A stretch of DNA of 63,181 nt, filler included, from Reticulomyxa filosa (taxonomy: Eukaryota; Protista; Foraminifera): assembly GCA_000512085.1 (NCBI GenBank). It is 23 parts of 23 records of this genome, joined end to end, with 100 filler letters (N's around TTAATTAATTAA, not from the genome) between each part and the next. Parts side by side here need not be neighbours in the genome. Positions count along the whole stretch, not along the records: positions 35,387 to 36,506 come from ASPP01039233.1; positions 36,607 to 38,201 come from ASPP01028428.1; positions 38,302 to 39,701 come from ASPP01022171.1; positions 39,802 to 41,008 come from ASPP01006209.1; positions 41,109 to 42,767 come from ASPP01040955.1; positions 42,868 to 43,935 come from ASPP01008550.1; positions 44,036 to 45,428 come from ASPP01009526.1; positions 45,529 to 46,817 come from ASPP01021603.1; 15 more parts are not named here. One strand, given 5' to 3'. The translations under genes were made by a program, and so were the position numbers. Under the pieces are notes generated by a model, which was not told the origin of the DNA, made no database searches, and saw nothing but the letters and a program-made list of their open reading frames with translations. This document shows positions 36,219 through 46,360 of the stretch, piece by piece (the first letter of the stretch is position 1; every line of letters starts with the position of its first letter).

Positions 36219-36606
36219 GATGACGATGATGATGTAAACTTTAAAGTAAACTTTTTTTTTATTTTGAAGACTCAGAAGCTTGCTTTAGAAAGTTACAAAA
36301 TAAAAAAATTTGATTTACATTGAAAATGTTTTTTTCCCAAACAAAGATGGCATACGAAGATCAATATTTATTTTTTGTAGTTATCTGTGAAATGGGTATT
36401 ATAATCATCATGCGAAATGTGCAAAGTCATATATAAAGTAATTATTTCCATTTGTTTTAAATTAAAAATTATGTCAATGTTACTGAGCAATTATAATAAA
36501 CTTATTNNNNNNNNNNNNNNNNNNNNNNNNNNNNNNNNNNNNNNNNNNNNTTAATTAATTAANNNNNNNNNNNNNNNNNNNNNNNNNNNNNNNNNNNNNN
36601 NNNNNN

Positions 36607-37231
36607 TAATATTATTATAATAATAAGTAATAAATAACAAATGATTGTTGCTTCCGCCAATCACTGCACGCATTCCTTCATAATTATCATTATCTCTTCC
36701 AATAATAATTGGATGATTGTGATTGTCTGTGAAAGGAATCCATTGATTGTGATTATCATTATCATTTTTATTATTATCATTTTCATTACTCCAAACACTT
36801 ACATATTTCATCACCAATGTATGTCTTTTTGTATATGCATCTCCACCAAAAGATACCAAAGTGATTTGATTGCTATCTTTGTTGTTGTCTGCCAGTTTCA
36901 CTACACAGTGTCCATATAATTCAACATTACTTGGAAACTTACAGATAAACTTGTATTCGTTTTTGAGTGTATGATAGGAATAGCAAGCTCTTTGAACATA
37001 ACCTCCACAAATGAGGAGTTCGTGTTTGTGTAGCACACATTGAGAATTATCAAGTGGAGTGGGTAAATCCTTCAAACTTTGAAAAAGGGTTGAAGTAGTA
37101 ATATGTTGGCTTTGTCCAGACTGTTTTTCAATCTTATTAAGTGGAGTGGAAAGCTCGTTGAAACCTTGAAAAGGAGTTAATGTAGTAAGATTTTTTTGGT
37201 TTTGTTCAGTAGATGAATTTTGATGATCCAT
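36607..37231 (-). CDS. Kelch-repeat protein, N-terminal part
   Basis: FQSLKDLPTPL..SQCVLHKHELLICGGY..RACYSYH; GHCVV; VSFGG; W..F repeats. Confidence 0.8.
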
Positions 37232-37559
37232 GTTGGTATTAATTTAAAAAAAGGGAGATGACACGACCCTTTTGAATGTTTAGTTTTAGGTGGAAAAAAT
37301 GAGTTGCACATTTGAAATTTGAAAAGTTTTTTAAATAGAAATCTAATTAGGATAATAACAAAGTTTGATATTAATTGATTGTAGATTATTTTATTTAAAT
37401 AATTGAACAGTGATTTGTTTTGCAAAATAATGATTGTGAATTAAATAAAAAGACAATGCTTAATAAGAATCTATTTGTTAATGGATATTTGTAAAAAATG
37501 TAAATAAATACTCAATATAACAAATATAACAAGTATGACACCATTTTCATTATAATTAA

Positions 37560-37990
37560 TTTGTATTAATTAAATCACACAAATAACCATTCTTTATTAC
37601 TTCATGTAACAGTTTCTGCAAATCACATTTATAATCGATACATGATTTGTTTATAACAATTCCACATAATGTAATAATTTAATAATTTTTCCAATATATT
37701 TTAATTCATTTTTTATTTTTCGAAAATAAGTTATTGTTTCGACATGTTACTATAATTTTTGCATTCCATTCATTTAAATTGAATTGATCATAAAAATATC
37801 TTTTGTCATTGTCATTTTTATTGTATTTGTCAAATATTTCATCAAATCCATCCAAAATAAATACAAATGAAATATTTTTACGAATAACATCAATTATCTC
37901 TTTGTTAATTTGTTTCATTTGTAGTGTTTGAGAGATAATTTAGTTCATTATAACATTTTGGTAATGAAATATAAACAGGAATTGATATTG
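37560..37990 (-). pseudogene. NACHT-type NTPase fragment
   Basis: Walker B FVFILDGFDE and KIIVTCR, with flanking stops; boundaries approximate. Confidence 0.65.
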
Positions 37991-38329
37991 AAGAATCATT
38001 TGCACATAATTCCCATAATGTTTCTTCTAAATGACGACAAAATAAAAATCAAAATCATGTTTGTAACAGATTTTCTTCACAGCGGCATATATGAAAGTGA
38101 AAAGAAAAACATTGATAAAAATGAAAGAACAGACATTTGAAGAACTCTTTTGTCAAAAGTATTATTGTTTGGAATGGAGAGACATTCAAAAAATTAGAAA
38201 TNNNNNNNNNNNNNNNNNNNNNNNNNNNNNNNNNNNNNNNNNNNNTTAATTAATTAANNNNNNNNNNNNNNNNNNNNNNNNNNNNNNNNNNNNNNNNNNN
38301 NATCTCAATAATAAAAAAAAAAAAAATAG

Positions 38330-38898
38330 GAGAATTGTTATTGGAATTTCGAATATTGTCAACATTTTTTGGTGTATTGGGTTTACTGATTTTTTTGGAT
38401 CGCATATGGGCTGGGATTATTGTATATTTTTTGTAGTTGAAGCTTCTGCATTATCGATGACAGCAATGGGTTCTATTGCAACTTGGTGGTTGTTAGGCAA
38501 ATCTCAATTGTTTAATTTACCTATATTAATGGAAAGAAAATTAGAAAAATTAGGAATAAAAGAGGAACAAAAAACTGAAAGTTGTAAATTAATTCTATCA
38601 CTTCGAACAGTATTAAATGATAGAACAGCTTTCAATTATTTCTTGGAACATTTAATTCGTGAATTGTCATTAGAAAATGTATTTTTCTTGGCTGATGTTA
38701 TGGATATAAAAAATCTTTTTTGCGACAATCACAGTTTTGCTTTTTGAATAATATCTTTTTTTGTTTTTAAAAGAAATATCAACAATATTTTTTTTTTCTG
38801 TTACAACAAAATAGATACTTATTCAAATGGAAGACTTTGGAAAAATTGATGGTCGTGATCGAGCCTTGACATCAGAGATAACTAAAGCATTACGTTGA
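38330..38898 (+). CDS. 3' part of a membrane-anchored RGS-domain protein (7TM-RGS-like)
   Basis: Two TM segments followed by LRTVLND..AFNYFLEHL.RELSLENVFF, the RGS helix 3-4 signature (E.S.EN+.F). Confidence 0.7.
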
Positions 38899-39423
38899 AA
38901 AAGAACCACGAATGGTGTACACAAGAAGCAGATACAAAGAGATAGAAAAGGAAATTTTTTTTTTGTGCCTGATGTTTTGTTAATATGTTTCCATTGGCAC
39001 AATTTTTTGTGAAAGTTTATTTCAATTTTTTTTTTTGTTCAGTATTCAGCATGATGACATGTTGAATCTGAAATAATTTGTTTGACACAAAGCAAATAAA
39101 TGTTTGATAGTTTTGTCAACATATTCTAAAAAAATTCGTAAAACATAAGCTTTTTCTGCCAAAATAACATATTACATGATGATTCTCCTTTAGTTTAACC
39201 GATATTGACTTATTTATCATATCATATATTCATTAATATCTGTATTATTATTTTTTTACAAAATTTTGAAAAAAATATCAAGTCGAAACAATATCTTAAC
39301 TTTTATATTTATTTATTAAAATTATAAATGACGAAAAATATTATTTTGCCATAAAAAAATTATTGATAAAGAAATTTGATATAGTCCCCGAGTTTGACAT
39401 ATATTAAATAATAAGAATAATTC

Positions 39424-39588
39424 GGTTCAGCTTGAGGAAGCTAAGAGAAACTAATGAAAAAATCAATAGATTGGTACTTATGTAAATATGATCCGGAACA
39501 CATTTACAATAAGGTAATCTAATTGATTTTAGCTAATATTGTGACCTTAGTAGCGATTTAGTAGCGGGTTCGACTCCCGCCTGGACCA
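39424..39588 (+). ncRNA. tRNA-like RNA with a long internal insertion (not a canonical tRNA)
   Basis: Acceptor GGTTCAG/CTGGACC plus discriminator A; perfect T arm GCGGG-TTCGACT-CCCGC; long internal hairpin; T10 run at 39598-39607. Confidence 0.55.
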
Positions 39589-39801
39589 TTATATATATTT
39601 TTTTTTATGAAATTTACATTTAAATAATAATACAGTAAGTTGCAAAAAAACCTAAATAACTAAAATGCCACCTTATGAAGATGATATATTTTCTTAATGA
39701 ANNNNNNNNNNNNNNNNNNNNNNNNNNNNNNNNNNNNNNNNNNNNTTAATTAATTAANNNNNNNNNNNNNNNNNNNNNNNNNNNNNNNNNNNNNNNNNNN
39801 N

Positions 39802-40263
39802 CCAGCCGATGCGCTTGGCCGGCGTACCCACCATCAGCGCGTAGGGCTTCACGTCCTTGGTGACCACGGCGCCGGCGCCGATGAAGGCGTACTCGCCGAT
39901 GGTGTGGCCGCACACCACGGTGGCGTTGGCACCGATAGTGGCACCGCGCTTCACGATAGTGCGGCGGTATTCGTTCTTGCGGCTAACGTGGCTGCGCGGG
40001 TTGTTGACGTTGGTGAACACCATCGACGGGCCGCAGAACACGTCGTCTTCCAGCGTCACCGCGTCGTAGATGGACACGTTGTTCTGCACCTTCACGTTGT
40101 CGCCGATGATGACATCGTTGCCGACAAACACGTTCTGGCCAAAGGAGCAGCGGGCGCCAATGCGCGCCTGGCCGCAGATGTGTACCCAGTGCCAGACGCG
40201 GGTGTCAGCGCCGATTTGCGCACCGTCATCGACGATGGCGGTGGGGTGAACGGTGTAGCTCAT
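39802..40263 (-). CDS. wbpD: Bacterial UDP-2-acetamido-3-amino-2,3-dideoxy-glucuronate N-acetyltransferase (WlbB/WbpD), 3' truncated
   Basis: [18 protein letters not shown], hexapeptide repeats, [24 protein letters not shown]; GC-rich. Confidence 0.9.
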
Positions 40264-40283
40264 TGTTTTGCCTTTTTTCTTTC

Positions 40284-40311
40284 GCCACGAAAACCACAAA
40301 AACCACAAAAA
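40284..40311. repeat. Left arm of inverted repeat (3 x 9-bp CCACRAAAA units)
   Basis: GCCACGAAAACCACAAAAACCACAAAAA; inverted partner at 40744-40771. Confidence 0.85.
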
Positions 40312-40381
40312 AATAAACGCGCAGCCATGACGGGCACTATGTCAGATAGCCGTCCAGAGCAGGTAGGCGTAGCCGCGCGGT

Positions 40382-40743
40382 TTATAGCACCAAACGCACA
40401 ATATCCGCCTTGGGATAGCTAAAGTTTACTAGCAGCCCAACCCGGATACCGGTTGCCCTCAGGTAGTTCAATACCTGGGCTTTATGCGCTGGGGTCAGTT
40501 TCTCCTGCGCTTTTAGCTCCAGCAGAACACGCCCCTCCACGATGATGTCAGCCACATAATCGCCAACCACCTCGCCTTTGTACCGCACCGCTACCGGGCA
40601 TTGTGCATCTGCACTCAAGCCTTGACGCACCAACTCCAGCAACAACGCCCGCTCGTACACTTTCTCCAGAAAACCGTGCCCCAACTCACGATAGACTTCG
40701 AACACACAGCCTTGGATGCGATAGCAAAGCTCTTTTCCAGCAT
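40382..40743 (-). CDS. GxxExxY protein (PD-(D/E)XK nuclease superfamily); one-base frameshift near the start
   Basis: LGHGFLEKVYERAL, ADIIVEG.VLLELKA, QVLNYL..TG..VGLLVNF. The ATG at 40743 reads MLEKELCYRIQG only if one A is added to the A4 run. Confidence 0.9.
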
Positions 40744-40771
40744 GTTCGTGTTCTTTCGTGGTTTTCGTGGC
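40744..40771. repeat. Right arm of inverted repeat
   Basis: Reverse complement GCCACGAAAACCACGAAAGAACACGAAC; its first 14 nt are identical to the left arm. Confidence 0.85.
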
Positions 40772-40781
40772 TAATACAACA

Positions 40782-41008
40782 TCAGTACTCCAGCGGCAGG
40801 TTCACGCGCTGGCCGTCGCGGGCGGAGCGGTAGATGCCTACCAGCAGCTCCAGCGACTTCAGGCCTTCGCGGCCGTCTGTTTCCGGCTCGGCTTCGCCGC
40901 GCATCACGCGGATCACATTGTCGTAGTACAGCGGGTGGCCAAAGCCGTACACACTGGTGGTGGCGTAACTGACGTTCTTGATCTCGTCGTCCATCGTGTG
41001 CGGCTCGG
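40782..41008 (-). CDS. wlbA: C-terminus of a Gfo/Idh/MocA oxidoreductase (WlbA-like UDP-GlcNAcA 3-dehydrogenase)
   Basis: SYATTSVYGFGHPLYYDNVI..MRGEAEPETDGREGLKSLELL..IYRSARDG.RV.LPLEY*; upstream of wbpD. Confidence 0.8.
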
Positions 41009-41199
41009 NNNNNNNNNNNNNNNNNNNNNNNNNNNNNNNNNNNNNNNNNNNNTTAATTAATTAANNNNNNNNNNNNNNNNNNNNNNNNNNNNNNNNNNNN
41101 NNNNNNNNTTCACATTTACCAAAATCAGGAAATTGCCAGAGTATCTGACAATATAAAATCCAAAACAGTTTCAATCCGAAAAAGAACTCAACTCATTCA

Positions 41200-41760
41200 A
41201 ATCCATTCTTCAACGCGATAATACTGCTCACAGCAACAACGCTTCTGTGCGTGCGCATTTTCACTATTGACCGACACGTACAAAATAACAGTCCCAGTTA
41301 GCATTCAAAGTATCTTTTTTTTTTTTTATTCAATCATATAAGATTATCTTGTTAATACATCATATACATCCTATATTAACATTTCTCTTCTCTTCTTTTT
41401 AAAATAAAACAAAAAATTTTCAGTATTTGTACCTTTGTCCTCTGAGTATTCCATCGCCACCGTTTGCAATAGGCTCAAGTTGCTCCAATCCTATAATTGG
41501 CACATCTACATGTTGGTTTGTCCAATGTAATGCCGAACCTATCTTCTTCCCCAATGTATTTGATCATACCATAAAAAATTAATAGATTTTTTTTTAAGCT
41601 GTCAAAAATCGGTATGCGATTCAACATGTACGTATGCTTAAAAAAAAACACCGTCGATGTAGCGTATCCGTCACTGGTTGCAATTGTGATACCATATCTT
41701 TCTTTTCGAGGATCTTTTCTTTCGTTGAATCTGCTTTGGAAAATCTTAACTTCAAAAATA
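41200..41760 (-). pseudogene. CAP-Gly domain gene remnant
   Basis: IKYIG followed by IIGLEQLEP.ANGGDG.LRGQRY in a different frame; stops present. Confidence 0.5.
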
Positions 41761-42109
41761 ATTGCAAACTTTATTGATGATCATTAAATTTATTTCTTTT
41801 CACTGTTGAGAATTCTATAGAAGCGTCATTTTTTTTTTTAATTGTATTTTTTTGATAAAGATCAAATCTTTAAAAAAAGATGGGTATACGTTGTTTCTCC
41901 CCTTAGCGACTACTTTATTGTCATCTACGCAAAAAAAAAAATTATTCCCACCCCTGGAATGTTCAAAAATTATAATTTTGTTTAAACGTTTTTGTTGAAA
42001 TGGCAGCAAGTCGATTTTTTTTAGTGCTGCCGAAGATTGATCATTCAGTTGATTGTGTATACATTTATTTGTGATTTTTCCTCTATTTTCTTGTATTCTG
42101 TATCAGATA

Positions 42110-42767
42110 TTTTCCCACTGATGATAATTTCAACAAAGAGGAACTTTTCAACTTCATCTCAAATTGAACCATTGCTAATTTTGTTGTGCTTTGTTTTTTA
42201 GAATCCTTTTCTATAAGATAACCAATGTTCTGGATGGTCAATGTATGTTTTGGAGATTGGTCACAATGAAGTGATAACAAATACATAAAAACGTGCTCCT
42301 GCTAAATAGATTGAATGAAATAACAAAAAAATTATTGCTCTCTCTTGACTGTGAAGATAGATGTACACTGTCAACCTGCATGTTGCCAATGTCAGGAGAG
42401 ACCACAATAAGAAAGCGTATTGTTTTGATCGTGATGACAGCGTCTTTTTTTCGAATGGTGTTGTTGTTTTGGGTCACACTGATTATTTTCTTTCTTTTCG
42501 ACAACTGTTGCGCTTTGCAGAGGAGAGCATTAGTGAAGGAACTCTCAAAAGCGAGTTCCATGTTGTAGAAGTTTGCTTTGTTAGGTTGTGTGAAGAGAAG
42601 AGCCAAAACCACAGTTGTAATGTCCAAGAGAGTTTTTCTAAAAAGGGAAAAGTTTTTCTCTTTAACAGAAAAATCATTACTCAATGAAAAATAATGAATC
42701 ACAATTTTAATTTTCAATTTTCTAATTAATCCGTTTTTTGAAATCACAATTGTAGAAATACAATACA
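42110..42767 (-). repeat. Dispersed repeat copy A (~650 bp)
   Basis: Reverse complement aligns with 47976-48647 (shared CTCTTGGACATTAC, TCACCAATGCTCTCCTC-like, TCTTCACAGTCAAGAGAG, ATTGTGACCAA). Confidence 0.85.
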
Positions 42768-42969
42768 NNNNNNNNNNNNNNNNNNNNNNNNNNNNNNNNN
42801 NNNNNNNNNNNTTAATTAATTAANNNNNNNNNNNNNNNNNNNNNNNNNNNNNNNNNNNNNNNNNNNNTAATATAATACATATATATATATATATATATAT
42901 GTATTATATTATTATTATAATTATTTGTTATTATCAAAAATAAAATAATATATAAAGTCAAAACAAAAC

Positions 42970-43935
42970 TTGCGGCAAAAAGTTGTTCATCTTTGATTAG
43001 AATCAAGAAATTGGACAGAAATGATCGCACGTCGAAATTCATGCAAAAGGAGTCACTACTCAGACTGGCGTCTCCCATCCATCCCAATCGCTCGTCTCTT
43101 TGCGGACAGTCTGTCGGGATGGACTGCAAGTTGCTCAGTTGCGCGACGATGCAATGCTGGTCGACTTCATTCAACACATCGCTGCTCGAGCTCCAATGTC
43201 CTCGACTCGACACGTCGGCGTGGATCTCTACTTTTTTAATGTCATCTTTCGTCAAGTTGTATGGGTATCCAAACACCTCCACGAAACGAAACCCATGGAT
43301 CGTGAAGTAGGGCATATGGATACCATTGAACGCCTTCGGCCCTTCGTTTGGATTGTATATGATCGTATCCGTCGCTTTGGCCGACCGTAGGTTTTGATAG
43401 TACAAACTCCCTTTGCAATTATTATCATTATTTTGTGTGTGTGTGTGTGTATGTGTGTGTATTTGTTTGTCTCTAGCGTCGAAAGGACATTAATGCAATA
43501 CATATACATATATATATATATATAAATATATATATATGTATATGTATATGTATATGTATATGATTTTAGAACCATCCATGTTTCCATAGGGCGGATGCAT
43601 CTTGATTTCGGCATGTTTGATAGTAATGTTAATTGTATCTGGCAAAGTGTGATTATCACTGGAGAAGGGCAAGACAATTTGGATCAAACCTGCGGAATTG
43701 ACTCCAAAATCGACGATTTGCGAGTCGTGAGAAGCGAGAAAATAAATGTCTTGTGGAGTGATGGTATCGATGATGGACACATAAGGCTGGACATTTGGAT
43801 ACAACACGCCAGGAGGTCCTTGTCCTTCGTTTCCGTCCAAAATCAGCACGTTGTAGTACTCAGGAGGCTCATTGACCGGCACAATGGTATAATCCCAATA
43901 CTCGCCGTTATAAATCGAGTCGGAGATTATCTCGG
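42970..43935 (-). CDS. Alpha-L-rhamnosidase (GH78), internal fragment with intron 43411-43572
   Basis: VDFGVNSAG, IKHAE, NLRSAKATD, PYFTIHGFRFVEV, SIPTDCPQRDERLGWMGDA. Confidence 0.92.
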
Positions 43936-44035
43936 NNNNNNNNNNNNNNNNNNNNNNNNNNNNNNNNNNNNNNNNNNNNTTAATTAATTAANNNNNNNNN
44001 NNNNNNNNNNNNNNNNNNNNNNNNNNNNNNNNNNN

Positions 44036-44219
44036 CGAAACGCGGCTGGCCATGGCGATCGGACGGGGCGAAAGCGTGGTGGACTACGCCGGGGCGAACG
44101 GGCGCTCGATCAACACTGTGCGCGCCCAGGTCCAGTCGATCCTGGCAAAGACCGGGCTGCACCGGCAATCCGATCTGGTTCGCCTGGTCTGCCGCCAGGC
44201 GAGCGCTTTGGTGCGCTGA
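44036..44219 (+). CDS. C-terminal LuxR-type HTH of an upstream bacterial regulator (5' truncated; absent from the ORF track)
   Basis: ETRLAMAIGRGESVVDYAGANGRSINTVRAQVQSILAKTGLHRQSDLVRL; its TGA abuts the next ATG. Confidence 0.85.
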
Positions 44220-45359
44220 ATGACGACGCTGAAAATCGCCTCCGAAGATCAGATCTTGGGTCTGATCGAAGGGGCGTATCGAGCGGCCGTCGACGCGGCA
44301 ATGTGGCATCACTTCCTGACCGAACTCGGCACCGTCTGTCACGCGCGGACCTCCCTGGCACTGCAGGACGACGCGGCCAACAGCCCGATTGCGCTGACGA
44401 CAGCCTGCTTCGAGAGCAGATGGGTCGAGATCTATGCCGACCATTTCACGACACAAAATCTGTGGCTCGCCAACCTGCATCGCGCGCCGGTCGGCATTCC
44501 CTGCGACGACAAGTTACTGGTCCCCCGGGACGAACTGTCCCGCACTGCCTTCTACAACGACTGGCTGAAACCGCAGGGGACGTGCGGCGGCACCACCATC
44601 AGCCTGTATCGGAGCGAAGGTCGGCTGTTCAACCTCGGTCTGCATCAGCAGACTGATGCCAGCATCGACGAAACCCTGCCCCTGCTCGCCGTTCTCGCAC
44701 CGCACATGACGCGGGCGGCGCAACTGCATCGCCGGCTCGCGGAGGCAACCCGGCAACAGCGGTTGGTCGAGGCGGTACTCGATCGCCTGCCGGACGGCAT
44801 AATGCTGGTCGATCGGCGCGCGATCGTGCGATTCGCCAATCAATCGGCGCAGCGCATTCTTCGGCGGGGCGATGGCCCGCGTCTCGACGCCGCCGGGCGC
44901 TTGCGGGCGGTGCATCTCGACGACTCGCAATTGCTGGAATCCTTTGTTGCGGGAGCAACGCGCCGAGACGGGTCGACGCAGGCAGCCGGCGGCACCATGG
45001 CGCTGCGGCGACAGGGCACGGCCCCACCCTATGCGGTGATGGTGGCACCGATCGCGGCCGACGACCCGAATTTCCTATGGTCTCTTGGTACAGCCGCGGT
45101 GATCTTCATCCACGATTCCCAGGTGGCACGCCGCGTCCCATCGGGCGCCATCGCTTCGCTGCTCGGCCTTACGATGGCCGAGGGGCGTATCGCCGCCGCC
45201 ATCGCGGCAGGACGGACCGCGCAGCAGGCGGCATCAGAGTTCGACGTCTCGGTAAATACGGTGCGCAGCCAGATCCGCGCGGTCTTGGACAAGCTGGGAC
45301 TTCGACGACAGGCTGATCTTGTACGGCTCCTCGTGGATATAGAACGGCTTCTGATTTGA
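44220..45359 (+). CDS. Bacterial LuxR-family HTH regulator with GAF-like and PAS-like sensor regions
   Basis: IEGAYRAAVDAAMW, FYNDWLKPQG, LAPHMTRA, DGIMLVD..AIVRFANQSA, GLTMAEGRIA...SVNTVRSQIRAVLDKLG..RQADLVRL; architecture common in Alphaproteobacteria. Confidence 0.9.
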   Translation: MTTLKIASEDQILGLIEGAYRAAVDAAMWHHFLTELGTVCHARTSLALQDDAANSPIALTTACFESRWVEIYADHFTTQNLWLANLHRAPVGIPCDDKLLVPRDELSRTAFYNDWLKPQGTCGGTTISLYRSEGRLFNLGLHQQTDASIDETLPLLAVLAPHMTRAAQLHRRLAEATRQQRLVEAVLDRLPDGIMLVDRRAIVRFANQSAQRILRRGDGPRLDAAGRLRAVHLDDSQLLESFVAGATRRDGSTQAAGGTMALRRQGTAPPYAVMVAPIAADDPNFLWSLGTAAVIFIHDSQVARRVPSGAIASLLGLTMAEGRIAAAIAAGRTAQQAASEFDVSVNTVRSQIRAVLDKLGLRRQADLVRLLVDIERLLI

Positions 45360-46360
45360 GACCGCCCCTGGCTTGATCTCCGGCCATTGACTTCCGTACC
45401 ATCCTTGTAATCTTGGCGTTCTTAAGAANNNNNNNNNNNNNNNNNNNNNNNNNNNNNNNNNNNNNNNNNNNNTTAATTAATTAANNNNNNNNNNNNNNNN
45501 NNNNNNNNNNNNNNNNNNNNNNNNNNNNTTTCTTAATTTTAATAAAAGTGCAAATGATACGTATTCTCGCAGGATTTTCAAATCATTTGAAAGAATGTTG
45601 ATTTCATCCAACAAAAAAAAAAGTTATTAAAAAACCAATATCATATTTAAAAACTACAAGATTTGTAGATATTTTAAAAAAAAAAATTAGGTATAAATGT
45701 TGATTTTTCATGGAGAAAATTAATTATCGTCATATGATATCGTTTTAGGCGTTCAGTTTTCTTTGCAACTTACTGTAGTTGAAAACTTTCATATATCTGA
45801 TATTGAAATTTTGCGCGAGATCAGATATACAAGATAACAAAGTAACACCTAAAATGAGTCGAAAAAAAATAATATTAACAAGAAAGAATGTCGAATAAAA
45901 GTTAGGCACTTTTCTATTAAATAAACCGAAATGGCAATATTAACATTCACATGCTTCTTTAATAATAAGTGTTTAAATTTTATTTTTTGTTTTAGTTTGC
46001 TTTAATTTGTTAAAGGAGGTGAATTAAATCTCAATATTTCTATGAGACTTCAACACTTCGAAAACAAGGCTAAAAAAAATATTATCATCATCGTGAAAAA
46101 TCGTCAAGATTATCTCGAGATCAATTCAAGTAAACTTAGAACAACTAGATATATCGATATATCTCAAAATCGTCGGAAAAATCAACACAACAAGAATCTT
46201 CAAGTCAAAGTCCGAAAATTTTTTTTACTAGTAAAATTAATTTTTATAGTGATTAAAAAATTTTTTATAGTTGAATTTTTGTGATATTGTTATTTTATTG
46301 TTTTTAACCTTTTTCACCATTTGGCAACGTTTTTGTTGCAATTCATTTCGGATGGCTATA

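Noticed and set aside
39378-39387. Group I intron S element (GATATAGTCC)
   Set aside because: No matching R/P7 partner, P/Q elements or host exon context found upstream
39424-39588. tmRNA or canonical tRNA call
   Set aside because: No G3-U70 pair, no tag reading frame, no canonical D arm or anticodon loop; kept only as tRNA-like
43980-45402. Overlapping minus-strand and alternate-frame ORFs in the GC-rich contigs (also 39857-40422)
   Set aside because: Shadow ORFs of high-GC coding sequence
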